Below, piece after piece: positions 1 to 10,624 of a DNA stretch of 64,000 nt. Positions within the stretch are counted from its first letter, which is position 1. The number at the start of each line of letters is the position of its first letter. Source of the DNA: Heteronotia binoei (taxonomy: Eukaryota); assembly GCF_032191835.1 (NCBI RefSeq), contig NC_083231.1:32426001-32490000 (forward strand), in the 5' to 3' direction. The position numbers and the translations under genes are program-made. Under the pieces are notes generated by a model. The model was not told where the DNA came from. It saw nothing but the letters and a program-made list of their open reading frames with translations, and did no database searches.

Positions 1-1100
1 GCAATCCACAGTATCTCTAAGACTTTCTGTTAAACACCAAATTTTAAGTGAGTCAATTTTCTCCCTGTCAGTTTTCGTCATTGTCCAACTTTTATATCCA
101 TACATAGTAATGGAGAATATCTTGTTCTCAATCGCCAGTGACATATCCTTATATTTAAGGATCTTCTCAAGCTCCTTCATACCTGCCCTTCCCAGACTCA
201 ATTTCCTTCTGATTTCTTGGTTGAGTCTCCCTTTTCGTTGATGATTGAGCCAAGGAATAAAAATCTTTAACCATTTCAATTGATTTGTCAATGTGAATGG
301 TGGTTATGTTGATAGGTTTTCTGAGAAGTCTGATACTATTCAGTCAGACTTCTATCGCAGCCTCTGGTATCTTGTGCTACATCTCACCTTACTCCAATTC
401 TTCTGTTTTGTTATTTCCAGAGTAAAACACTTTAATTTTCGAAAATGTCCTAACCCAGTTTTGTTTTCCATATTTGTTTGCATTATTCATGTTAGGATTT
501 TGATGGACACCATTTCTGTGACTTGAAATAGCTTTACTGCTTTCCTCACTTTTCCTGGTGATTTATTTATTGCTGATTGCTTTGAGTGCATTTTTCACTT
601 TACTTTCTAAAATTGCAGGTTCTTCAGAAGATTTTTCTTTGAAGGAATCTGTTATCCTTTAATCTCTTCTGTATAGTTCTTTGTTGTGTTGTTGCCATCT
701 TTTCTTTATGTTGTCCTGTTCAAATAATGTATTTTTGTGTTGATCTTTCACAATGCCTAACTGTGCTAAAATTTCCCTTTGATTTCTTGGATCTTGTGGA
801 ACCGATCTCATGTTCTTCCTTTTTTGTTGTTCTATTTCCTTACACTGGTAAGAAAAGTTATCATTGTCTGTACATGACATGTGAGTGATGTCATCCTCCA
901 ATTATCCACTTTCCAAGTGTTCCTCTATATTCACCTGATCTTTCTGAAACTTGCTTTGCTATCTTTTTTTAAAAAAACTGTCAAAAATAGTTACCTCATC
1001 ATTTGGACAGGAAGGTGCAGAATTTTAAACCTTCTGCCCATATCAGCACACTTTACTGCCATTATCTCAAGGGTGACCATTCTACCCACCATGTCACTGC
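1..1100 (-). mobile_element. Decayed RTE-clade LINE fragment (rearranged)
   Basis: Minus-strand peptide remnants resemble RTE ORF motifs (KKRWQQHNKELYRRD, NKSPG, KPINITTIH, FLGSIINEKGD, GRAGMKELEKIL), with many stops and frameshifts; boundaries approximate. Confidence 0.6.
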
Positions 1101-1479
1101 AAGGCAATTTCCCACCTTTAAAAAAAATTCAGTAGTTGCTGTATCACTGTACAGTCACTGGAGAGCTTTTTGCCACCTTTAAATACATAGTTATTGCTAT
1201 ATAATTATAATGCTATATCTCTGTACAAGTTCTGTTTTTTTTAAAAAAAATCCCCATTAAAAGACATAGTAGGAGGAAATTATGACCACATGGAGATGAT
1301 GGAGAAAAGCGTGTAAGAAACTTGTGTGGACATGTTCATAATGGCAATGAATTCACAGCAGAGAATCGTCCCTGTGTGGATGCAGTCAATATTGTATTAT
1401 GTGATTGTTTTTTACTCTCCCTCCTTTACCTTCAAAGCCCTAAAGGGTCCAGGACAATCATATATACAGGACTGCTTCT

Positions 1480-1998
1480 CCCTGTATACCCCTCAGAGAG
1501 CATTATGCTCATCTAGTTACAATTTACTGATAATCCCTGGCCCCAGAACAATCCAGCTGTCCTCAACCAGGACTAGGGCCTTTTTGGCTCTGGCCCCAAC
1601 CTGGTGGAACTTTCTGTCTAGTAATACCGGAACCCCGTGGGATCTGGTTCCGTTTCGCAAGGCATGTAAGATGGAGGTGTTCCCCCAGGCTTATGGTTGA
1701 GGCCAGTGACAGCTAGAAAGAGCATTTGCCTCCCTCCCCTCTGTTGGGCTGCAAATTTTCCTGTACTGGCTTCCCCCTTAGTTATCCACCTTGAAGGTTT
1801 GTCAGGGGCCAGGGCACCATTTTTTCTATTATAGATCAATTGCTAAGTTTTTGCTAAGTAAGATTGTTTTTAAATTGTGATGGACTTACTGTATATTGCA
1901 TTGTGTAGTTTATTGTATATTTAATTGTAACTGTAACTGTTGGAAACCACCCTGAGCCCTGCTTGGCAGGGAAAGGAGTGGGATAATAAATAAATAAA
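1480..1998 (+). mobile_element. L2-type LINE 3' fragment
   Basis: L2-like 3' sequence (AACCAGGACTAGGGCC...CCCCAACCTGGTGGAAC) ending CCACCCTGAGCC...GGGATAATAAATAAATAAA. Confidence 0.65.
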
Positions 1999-2719
1999 TT
2001 GAAGGAAGCTCTACACAGCTGTTGTAGGGCCAGGTTCTTTCATAGTGGAATTAGTATGCAATTCTTATGATATTTTTGGCTCAGTGTAGGAGATTATTTC
2101 CTTAGTGCAATAAATGAGAATTTCCTTCTTTCCTCTATTATGGCATTTACTTTAATCCATTCCTACACTAATGGCTTGATAACTACAGAGTTGTAAGGAA
2201 AATGGGAAGGAAGAGCCTTGTTCATAAATCAGTGTGCTCTGTTTTCCTAATGGTAAAAGTAAAGTAAAATTGACTAGATGAAATGCAGAGCATTTAGTGT
2301 TTAATGTTTCTGATAATAAATGGTAGAGGTAGATAAAGATGAATCATAGTGATGTACAACCATATGCTTGCATTTAAGCATCTAATTGCAGTCATTTTAT
2401 TTAAATGGGTGGATTGGAGTGTTCAGAGAACCCTGGAACAAGCTGAGCCGAATGGTCCCGGCAGCTGTGGTAGCATCAAAGGGGCTGATGTGGGCCATAG
2501 TGATGAGGACAAGAACCTCAGGGGCCACTTGGTGTCTGGCCATCAGTGGCCCTCCGTTTAAATGGATAGCCTTCCATGGTGTATTAGGGTACCTGAAGTA
2601 CTCATGATTCCATATTCGTATATATTTGAAGTTCAGGCGTCAGAAAAGGCAGTAGATCTCTGAATAACAGTGTTTTATTGTTTTATAATAACAATAAAAT
2701 ACACAATAAAGTAAATATG

Positions 2720-3014
2720 TATAATGTACCACGACGGGAGACGAGAGTAGGGCAACATGCTTTATTGCAAGTACATTATAAGATGGAGAACTGGTAACAC
2801 GCGGGCCGGGTCCCGCTTATATACAACTCCCGGTACAGCCTCCTGGACAGGCCAGCCCAATCCTGGCCTGTTGAACTTCCCGCCACAGCTGGTGATTGGC
2901 GGGGGTTTCGCGCCCTGTGCAAAGGCGCCTGGGGCAACCCAGTCGCCTCTTCGCGTGGGCGCGTGTAGCTTGGTATTGTGTTGTTACGTTGTATCGTAAT
3001 GGCGATACACTACA
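2720..3014 (-). repeat. 3' LTR of Gypsy element
   Basis: Direct repeat of 7260-7554; differs only at 2922/7462 and 2987/7527. Minus-strand TATATAA (near 2817-2823) and AATAAA (2761-2766). Confidence 0.96.
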
Positions 3015-3026
3015 CCCCTCCCCCCC
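3015..3026 (-). other. Polypurine tract
   Basis: GGGGGGGAGGGG on the minus strand, directly before the 3' LTR. Confidence 0.9.
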
Positions 3027-3029
3027 AAG

Positions 3030-6000
3030 TTATTGTACATAGTCCCTTAGGTAGGCGGGAGGCCGGTGTTCCCTGGTTGACCGTCTCGGGGCGGCTTGTG
3101 GAGTAGGCGCGGCTTCTGCGGCGGGGGCTTCTACGGGAAGTGGTGCGGCCGCAGGCTGTTGGTCCGGCTCTGCCGGTCTCTTGAGCTCTGCTGGCCCTGG
3201 GGACTCGCGCGTCGGTAGGATCACTGCTGGTATGGTGTCCCCTGGCTGGTTCTCCTCCGGGTCTTGCCTCCTCTGCTTCTGCCGGCGCTTCCGGGAGGGT
3301 GCGGCGGCGCAGTTGGTCGATGTGCCGCCGTAGGACTTGGCCCCCCTCCGTGGATACCTCGTAGTGGCGGGACCCCACTACCCGCAGCACCCGCCCCGCT
3401 AACCACTCCGGCCCCCTAGCGTAGTTTCGGGCGAATACGGGATCCCCCGCGAAGAACCCTCTAGCCGCTTCTCTGATCTCTGGGGACCCCCGCACGTCCG
3501 ATGCTCGGTCGGGGTGCAACCTGTCCAACCTCGTTGTGAGTTTGCGCCCCATGAGGAGCTCTGCTGGGCTAACCCCCGTGACTGGGTTGGGGATGACCCT
3601 ATTGTCGAAAAGGAACGCGGCTAATCTGTGGTCCCAGTCGCCCTGCATGATTCGGCCCAGGGCTTCTTTGGTTGTGCGGACCATCTGCTCCGCCTGGCCG
3701 TTGGTGGCCAGGTGGAAGGGGGCAGACCTTATGTGCCTAATCAGATACCTCTGGAGGAACGCCTGGAAGTCTCCCGAGGTGAACGCGGTCCCGTTGTCCG
3801 AGACTATGGTGTCCGGGATACCGTGTGTGCATAGGACTCTGCGCAGCGTTTGGATCGCGGCTGTGGAAGACGTGGACCCTACGGGAATGACCTCCAGCCA
3901 TTTGGTGTATGCATCCACTATTATCAGGAAGATTTGTCCCTGGAAGGGCCCCGCGAAGTCTATGTGGAGCCTGGACCAGGGTTTCCTCGTGGTTTCCCAC
4001 CGTGTGGCCTGGGCGCTGGGCAGTTCCGGTCGCAACTCCTGACACGTGCTGCATCTTCGGACCCAGTTCTCTATCTCCCCGTCTATTCCTGGCCACCATA
4101 CATAGCTCCTAGCTATTTATTTATTTATTTATTTATATTAAGATTTATACCCCGCCCTTCTCACCTAGGTGTCTCAGGGCGGCTTACAACACAGTAATTA
4201 AAACAATTTCAGTTTAAACAATTAAAATACCATTAAACCATAATTTAGTAAAAACAAGATAGAATAAGGCCTTCATTCTCACTATGCCTGGGTGGGTTTC
4301 GTGGAGTGATTCCAGGACCCGCTTCTGTAGCGGGGGGGGGGACTACCACCCGACTTCCCCATAGCAGGCACCCTTTGTGTGCAGCTAACTCATCCCTTCT
4401 CGTTTTATAGGGCTTGAATTCTTCCCCCATGTTCCCTTCCGGCCACCCCCTCACCACCCAGTCGAGAACCCTCGCTAGAGTCCTGTTCTTTCCGGTGGCC
4501 TTGGCCACTTCTGCTGCATGGAGGGGCTGGTCCGGGAGTGACTCTACCGACATGATATGGTGGGCAGGGGCTGGGTCGGGGCCCGTGTCAGGGAGCGGCA
4601 AGCGGCTGAGCGCGTCCGCATGGCCCATCGCCTTGCCCGCTCTGTGTACCAGGGTGTACATGTAAGAGTTGAGGAATTGATTCCACCTCAACACTCGTTG
4701 TGACAAGATTTGGGGGGTTTGGCGGTCCGGGGCCAGCAGACCCAAGAGCGGCTTGTGGTCCGTGGCTATTGTGAACCTCCGCCCGTACAAATAATCGTTA
4801 AATTTGTGGACCCCCGCTACAATGGCCAGGGCCTCCTTATCAATTTGGGCGTAATTTCTTTCTGCGGGTGTGAGAGTGCGGGAGTAGTAAGCGACTGGTA
4901 CCTCCCTGCCGTCCGGTAGCTGGTGCCCCAGGACTGCGCCCACCCCATACGGCGATGCATCGCAAGCCAGGATCACCGGTAGGTGCTCATCGAAATGATG
5001 AAGCACCGCATTGGAAACTAGGACGTCCTTCACCGCCTGGAAGGCGGTGGCCTGTTGCTTGCCCCACACCCAGGGAGCTTTTTTGTCCAACAGCCGGTGT
5101 AGGGGTTCAGTGAGGGCCGCCTTATGGGGTATGAACGTGTGATAGAAATTGAGCACCCCCAAGAAGCTCTGTAGCTCCGCTTTGCAGGTGGGAGCCGGGG
5201 CGTGCACGATTGCTCGGGTTTTTTCTTCGGTCGGGTGGATTCCCTCACCGTCCACAGCAAATCCAGGAACTCCACCCGCGGTACTCCCAACAAGCATTTC
5301 TCCCGCTTCACCTTGAGCCCTGCTGCTTGAAAACGACGGAGCACTTCCCTGAGGCGGCTGCTGAACTCCTCAGGGTCCGGGGCGGCGATTAGAACGTCGT
5401 CGAAAAAGGGTTGGACTCCGGGGATCCCTTTGAGAAGAGCATCCATTATACTCTGGAAAATCCCCGGAGCCACGCTGACCCCAAACTGAAGCCTACGCAC
5501 CCTGAACGCCCCCCTGTGGGTCACAATTGTCCGGGCCTCGGCCGTTTTGGCGTCTACCGGGAGCTGTTGGTATGCTTGCGCTAGGTCCAGCTTCCCGAAA
5601 ACCTTTGATCCCACCAGGGCTGCCAATACATGGCTGACCACAGGCACTGGGTAGGGGTTATCCTGGAGTGCCTTGTTTATTGTGCACTTGTAGTCTGCGC
5701 ATATCCGTACCTCCCCATTCGGTTTGACCGGGGTCACTATGGGGGTCTCCCACATGGCATAATCGACCGGCTCCAGGACCCCTTGTGCCGTGAGGCGGTC
5801 CAGTTCTGCCTCTATTTTGGGCTTTAACGCGAAGGGGATCCTCCTCGCTTTGAGCCGGATTGGCCTGACCGTCAGGTCGAGCGGTAAGGAGATGGTCGGC
5901 CCCTTATAACTACCCAGCGACCCGTCGAACGCGTCGGGAAACTCTCGGCATACTTCCCCGTACCCCCCGGCTGAGACGGTTTGCGCCACCCCCTCTATCC

Positions 6001-7180
6001 GGATTCCTAAGGGCCCGAACCACGCGAGGCCCAGCAGGGTGGTAAGTGGCCGCTTGACCACCAGGATGTCCAGCGGGCCCCTGAAGGACCCCCGCTCTAC
6101 TTGTACCCTGGCCCACCCCGCTATTTGTACCGGGTTCCTCTGGAAGTCCCGGAGTATGAAATCTGCCGGTCGTAGCTGCACCCACTGACGGGGGCACAGC
6201 TTCCTCAAGGTCTCCTCTGTGATTATGGAAATGGAGGAGCCTGAGTCCACCTCTATGAGGCATGGGGCTCCTTCGATGAGGACCGCCATTTTGATCTTGT
6301 TGGGGGTGGCCAGGGGCAGGTTCAGTACCTGTAGCGTGGTGGAGGCTGTGGAGTGGGACTCGGTGGCTTCGTAGTGCGTGGTCGATCTCCGGCGGTTGAT
6401 CTTGGCTCGGCACGCCCGCGCTATGTGACCGGTCTTCCCACAGCTTCTGCAGTCCCAGGTCCTGTACTGGCAGTCCCTTCTGTCGTGGGGGTCACCGCAG
6501 CTGGTGCACTTCGTGGCGGGCGGCCTCTCTGTCGTTCAGGGACGCTGTGGGGCTTGGTTGGTTGGCCCTGTTGGGCGGCGCAGCTGGAACGCTTCTCCCT
6601 CCTCCAGGCGGTCGGGGTCCAGCTCCTCGTGGTGGATGGCCTCGGTCTTTGCCCTGGGGATGGTCCGGGTGGTCCTCTCGAACGCCACGGCTTCGCTGAA
6701 AGCGCTCTGGAGGGTGAGCTCTTCCTTCGCGAAGAGCTTCTGCTGGAGCCTCTCGTCGCGAAGGCCCCAGGCGAACCGGTCCGCCAGGGTCTCTTCCAGG
6801 TTCGGAAAGTTGCAGTTCCCTGCGATCTGTCGTAGAGCCGCCAGGTAGTCCGCGGCCGATTCACCCTGGGCCTGGTCCCTCTTGTGGAAAAAGAACCGAT
6901 GGGCCACCCGCGAAGGCTGTGGCAGGAAATGTCCCGTGAGGAGCCTGACGACCTCCTCGTAGGACTTCTCCGTGAGTCGGGTGGGGGCCGAGAGACCTTT
7001 GGCGATCTCGAACGTGGCGGCCCCGCAGACGCTCAGGAGAACGTCCCTCTTCATGCTGTCCTCGGTTATGCGATTCGCCCTCAGGTAGCAATCAACCCGC
7101 TCCAAGTAGGACTCCCATCCTTCTGGATTTGCGGGGTTGAACGCCTCGATGTGACCGGTGGTCCCGCTCTGGCTGGCCAT
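3030..7180 (-). pseudogene. Gypsy gag-pol (disrupted)
   Basis: Gag MASQSG...; knuckles CTSCGDPHDRRDC and CRSCGKTGHIARAC; protease VDSG; RT PFFDD; RNase H CDAS/TDHKPL; integrase HIDFAGP/SDNG/GQAE; canonical-looking end RRSTREHRPPAYLRDYVQ*. Lesions: TGA at 6536-6538, frameshifts near 5264, 4332-4341 and 3225-3300, and an insertion at 4116-4264. Confidence 0.93.
4116..4264 (-). mobile_element. 5'-truncated L2-type tail nested in Gypsy integrase
   Basis: AT-rich 149-bp insert ending TGTAAGCCGCCCTGAG...GAGAAGGGCGGGGTATAAAT...(TAAA)n. Removing it plus one flanking TA restores RMKALARSYVWWPG. Confidence 0.85.
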
Positions 7181-7240
7181 GGTGGCGGCGGTCGTGGCGA
7201 TCGGTTGCCCATGAGTCTCCTGTGTAGCCTTCCAGCTAGG

Positions 7241-7258
7241 ATCCCATCCTCGTCGTCA
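7241..7258 (-). other. Primer binding site complementary to tRNA-Ser(GCU)
   Basis: Plus strand ATCCCATCCTCGTCGTCA matches the recalled tRNA-Ser(GCU) 3' end ATCCCATCCTCGTCGCCA at 17/18 nt, 1 nt from the LTR. Confidence 0.8.
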
Positions 7259-7259
7259 C

Positions 7260-7554
7260 TATAATGTACCACGACGGGAGACGAGAGTAGGGCAACATGC
7301 TTTATTGCAAGTACATTATAAGATGGAGAACTGGTAACACGCGGGCCGGGTCCCGCTTATATACAACTCCCGGTACAGCCTCCTGGACAGGCCAGCCCAA
7401 TCCTGGCCTGTTGAACTTCCCGCCACAGCTGGTGATTGGCGGGGGTTTCGCGCCCTGTGCAGAGGCGCCTGGGGCAACCCAGTCGCCTCTTCGCGTGGGC
7501 GCGTGTAGCTTGGTATTGTGTTGTTATGTTGTATCGTAATGGCGATACACTACA
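7260..7554 (-). repeat. 5' LTR of Gypsy element
   Basis: Direct repeat of 2720-3014, adjacent to the PBS. Confidence 0.96.
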
Positions 7555-7643
7555 ATATGGGAGACTTTACAGCCACTTCCAGCTTCATTCAACTGTGCTT
7601 TGTCTTTATTCTTCCTAGCATCTTTATTCTTTATTCTTCCTAG

Positions 7644-7795
7644 CATCAAGCAGCATGACAGATACAGTCAGCTGATCTTGGCAAATTCCACTGCAGCAGA
7701 CACCGGTGAATACAGCTGCTGGCTACTCCTATGCAAAGGTTACAACTGCAAGAAGGATGAGTCAAGAACAGGCTCAACGTACATCTTTTTTGCAG
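7644..7795 (+). CDS. PDGFRL: PDGF receptor-like protein, internal exon (Ig domain 1)
   Basis: AG/GT-bounded 152-nt exon encoding IKQHDRYSQLILANSTAADTGEYSCW...TGSTYIFFA, matching the recalled PDGFRL sequence. Confidence 0.95.
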
Positions 7796-8322
7796 GTAAC
7801 AGAATGAGTTCACTGGCCCCAAAGAAAGCCAGTTTTGTGTTTCTCCGTGAAACTACAGTAAATGCCTCAGGGGACACATCATAGCAGTAGTAGCAATATG
7901 TCTTAATGCAAACTCACGTGGACACTGAATTAATAATTTAGAAAAATCCTACATGCTTACTTTTCCCAGACAAATTATTCTGATTTTAAATGTGATATTT
8001 AGAACTGAAATAAAATGGTAAACGAGGATGCACTTAGCTATACTTATTGTTTGAGTGGTCACCTGTGCAGTCATATGTGGGCACTGCATATGCACTGGCC
8101 TGCTGTGGAGAGGACTTTTTGAAGCTCAAAATGCCTAGAAAACCTTCTGCCATTCCATACCTGTGTAAAGAAGAATGGCTGAACCCTGAATCAAACAATA
8201 CTTCACCATTACAGCTAGCGCTTCCATTACTTTAGCTGTTTTTCAGAGTACCTGGTAATAACAGTGCTAAAAACAATTTGATCAGAATTGGAATAGTTTA
8301 AGCAGTTAAAACCTGCTTTGTG

Positions 8323-8584
8323 TCTTGACCTGGATACCCCAGGCAAGCCTCATCTTGGAAGCTAAGCAGGGTTGACTGTGGTAAGTACTTGGATGCGACA
8401 CCTCCTTGGAATACCAGGAGTTGAGAGGGAGAGGCAGGCCTTATTCAACCACCTCCCTGAATATCTTCCAGGCCCCCAGTAGGGATCAGTCACCGGAGGA
8501 CACCATGACTACCAGGTGCACACACGCACACATGCATATATAAATACAAAAATACAAAAAAAATTAAAAATAATAATTAAAAAA
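8323..8584 (+). mobile_element. 5S rRNA-derived SINE with A-rich tail
   Basis: Head similar to 5S rRNA (ATCTTGGAAGCTAAGCAGGGT...GTACTTGGATG...GGAATACCAGG); imperfect flanking repeat AAAACC(T/CC)GCTTTGTG. Confidence 0.7.
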
Positions 8585-9145
8585 TTAAAAACCCCGCTTT
8601 GTGAGCTCTGATGGAAAATATTTGCTTATTTTTAATCAAAGAAACTGTTGAAACAGTTGGAAGATCCAAGAGTACTATTCAGACTCTTGACATTGGGCAC
8701 CACAGCACAGCTTTACATTCCACCCTTCTTTTGAAATGCAGGACAGTTTTAATATTATGTGGTGGGGGAGCTGCAGACCTGGTAAGGAGAAAAAACCCTG
8801 CTGGTCGCTCGTTTGTACATAACAGGGTCCTTGAATAAGGGCAAAGGCCTTATCTTAGTTCAGTAATGAAGCTGCTACTAAACAGTGACTCACTCAGAGG
8901 TTTATTGCCTTTCTTCTTAGCCCAGGTGTGTAACTCACCAAGCCAGATCCAGCCTACCAGTTACATATGGCAGTCTGTTATGGGCAAAGACTGTACTGTC
9001 TCATGTTTCCTCCCAGAATAATAGGTACATCAGTGGGGAGGTATGAATATGTGCTAATGGAAGGCATGCAAACTGAAGCCTCAGCTATAATGATGTGGAA
9101 TATGATCAACTTTCAGTTAACTTTTTCATTTTTTAAAGAATCTTT

Positions 9146-9214
9146 TAAGAGTTCTTCAATATCTTAAATAAGAGTTCTTAAATATCTTAAATAAGAGTTC
9201 TTAAATATCTTAAA
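9146..9214. repeat. 23-bp tandem repeat x3
   Basis: Three copies of TAAGAGTTCTT(C/A)AATATCTTAAA. Confidence 0.9.
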
Positions 9215-9372
9215 TATCAAATTTATTGTTAGTGAATATCAGATATTACAATTCTAGTAAAAATTGTTCTCTCCTATTGTTGAATGGCCATTTTTGCAAG
9301 GAGGTCAGAATGGTGAGGAAATAAAATACATCATGCTAGTACGTAACACATATTACATTACTTTTTAAACAG

Positions 9373-9666
9373 ATAAAGGGGAACTCTTTGTTCCTTCTCC
9401 CAGTTATTTCGAGGTGGTATACCTTAACCCAGATAAGCCTGCAGTGATTCCTTGCCGAGTGACCAACCCATCAGCAAAAGTAACACTTCATCAGGAATTT
9501 CCGGCAGAAGAAGTCAAAGTGGATGGCATTGACATTGTATATGATGTAAAGAAGGGCTTTGTCTATCAGCACCCAAAGTTTGAACACAAAGGAGTAGTTT
9601 ACTGCAGAGCCGAATCAAGGGGAGCGCCTCAGATTTCCATTAAATATCAGTTGCTTTATGTGGAAG
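9373..9666 (+). CDS. PDGFRL: PDGF receptor-like protein, internal exon
   Basis: 294-nt AG/GT exon, DKGELFVPSPSYFEVVYLNPDKPAVIPCRVT...QISIKYQLLYVE; phase matches neighbours. Confidence 0.97.
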
Positions 9667-9924
9667 GTAAGATTAACTGAGTTGGTGTATCATCATTTTG
9701 CTTCTCACCTACTGGAAATTATTGTAGGAACAGACCCTGAATACTTTTTTTTAGCACAATGCAATCAGAGCATGGTGGATTTAATAATGGCTTTTGGTGA
9801 ACTGCTTGAGTGACCTCTTTATGATGAGGGAAAAGAAGCATCAGTAGAGCAGTATACACGACAATGAGACCATTCTTGAGCTGCCAGGTCAGCACAAAGA
9901 TCCATTTTTATAACTGAACAGGAA

Positions 9925-10106
9925 TAGAGATGCCAACCTCCAGGTGACTGGAAATCTGCTGCTATTACCTATGATGTCCAGGTGATTAAGATCAGTTCCT
10001 TTGGAGAAAATGGCAGCTTTGGAGGGTGGACTGTATGGCATGATACCCTGCCCTCTTCAGGCTCCATCCCCAAAATCTCCAAGTATTTCTGAAGCTGGCA
10101 ACCCTA
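9925..10106 (+). mobile_element. hAT-type MITE (TAGGGTTGCCA-terminus family)
   Basis: Termini TAGAGATGCCA...TGGCAACCCTA; perfect 8-bp TSD AACAGGAA (9917-9924, 10107-10114). Confidence 0.85.
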
Positions 10107-10624
10107 AACAGGAATGTGTTTTTACAGCCCAGAAGATAATCCAGTTAGTCATGTGCAAATTCTGGTTACGATGAAGGTATGGCCAAACTGTTTTCCCCAG
10201 ATTAAGTTCACTTCTAAGTTGGATGGCAGAATTACACAGGAAATTACATGATTTGCATATACACACCAGGGACTTCACCTTCATTTAATTCCCTTATCTT
10301 GGCAAAGATATTTGCTTGTCTTGACAAAGATATTTGCTTTTGTTAGACAGCACACATAGTCCTGGAACTGTTTAAGAAAGTTATTGCTTCAATTTACATT
10401 TGGCTGCCCTTCTAAATTATCATTGTTACAGTAACAATTATAAATGACCAATATCTGCAGGCTCAGAAAAAAAAATTCCTATGAATGAACAGTTCTAGAA
10501 ATATTTTCTATAAATGTTTTATGTTACATTAGAGTCACAACAGAAATGATGGTTGGTTGTACAGCCCAAATGAATACCATCCAAGTGAAACTTTTAAAAA
10601 GGTGAATAAGTTATTTTAGATTAA

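Larger units (their letters stand above)
2720..7554 (-). mobile_element. Full-length Ty3/Gypsy LTR retrotransposon (Mag-like), defective
   Basis: Two 295-bp LTRs, 5-bp TSD ATATG (2715-2719, 7555-7559), PBS, PPT, and gag-PR-RT-RH-IN order with two zinc knuckles. Confidence 0.96.

Noticed and set aside
2498-2597. C/D-box snoRNA-like motif pair (GTGATGA...CTGA)
   Set aside because: No terminal stem or recognisable antisense element; such motifs are expected by chance.
6536-6538. TGA between gag and pol as a programmed readthrough site
   Set aside because: It lies upstream of both zinc knuckles, so termination would remove the nucleocapsid. It is better explained as CGA>TGA decay.
3536-7264. 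Long antisense and alternate-frame ORFs over the Gypsy element
   Set aside because: These are shadows of a GC-rich coding sequence with no recognisable domains.
9146-9214. Repeat array as CRISPR
   Set aside because: No spacers, and the context is a eukaryotic intron.
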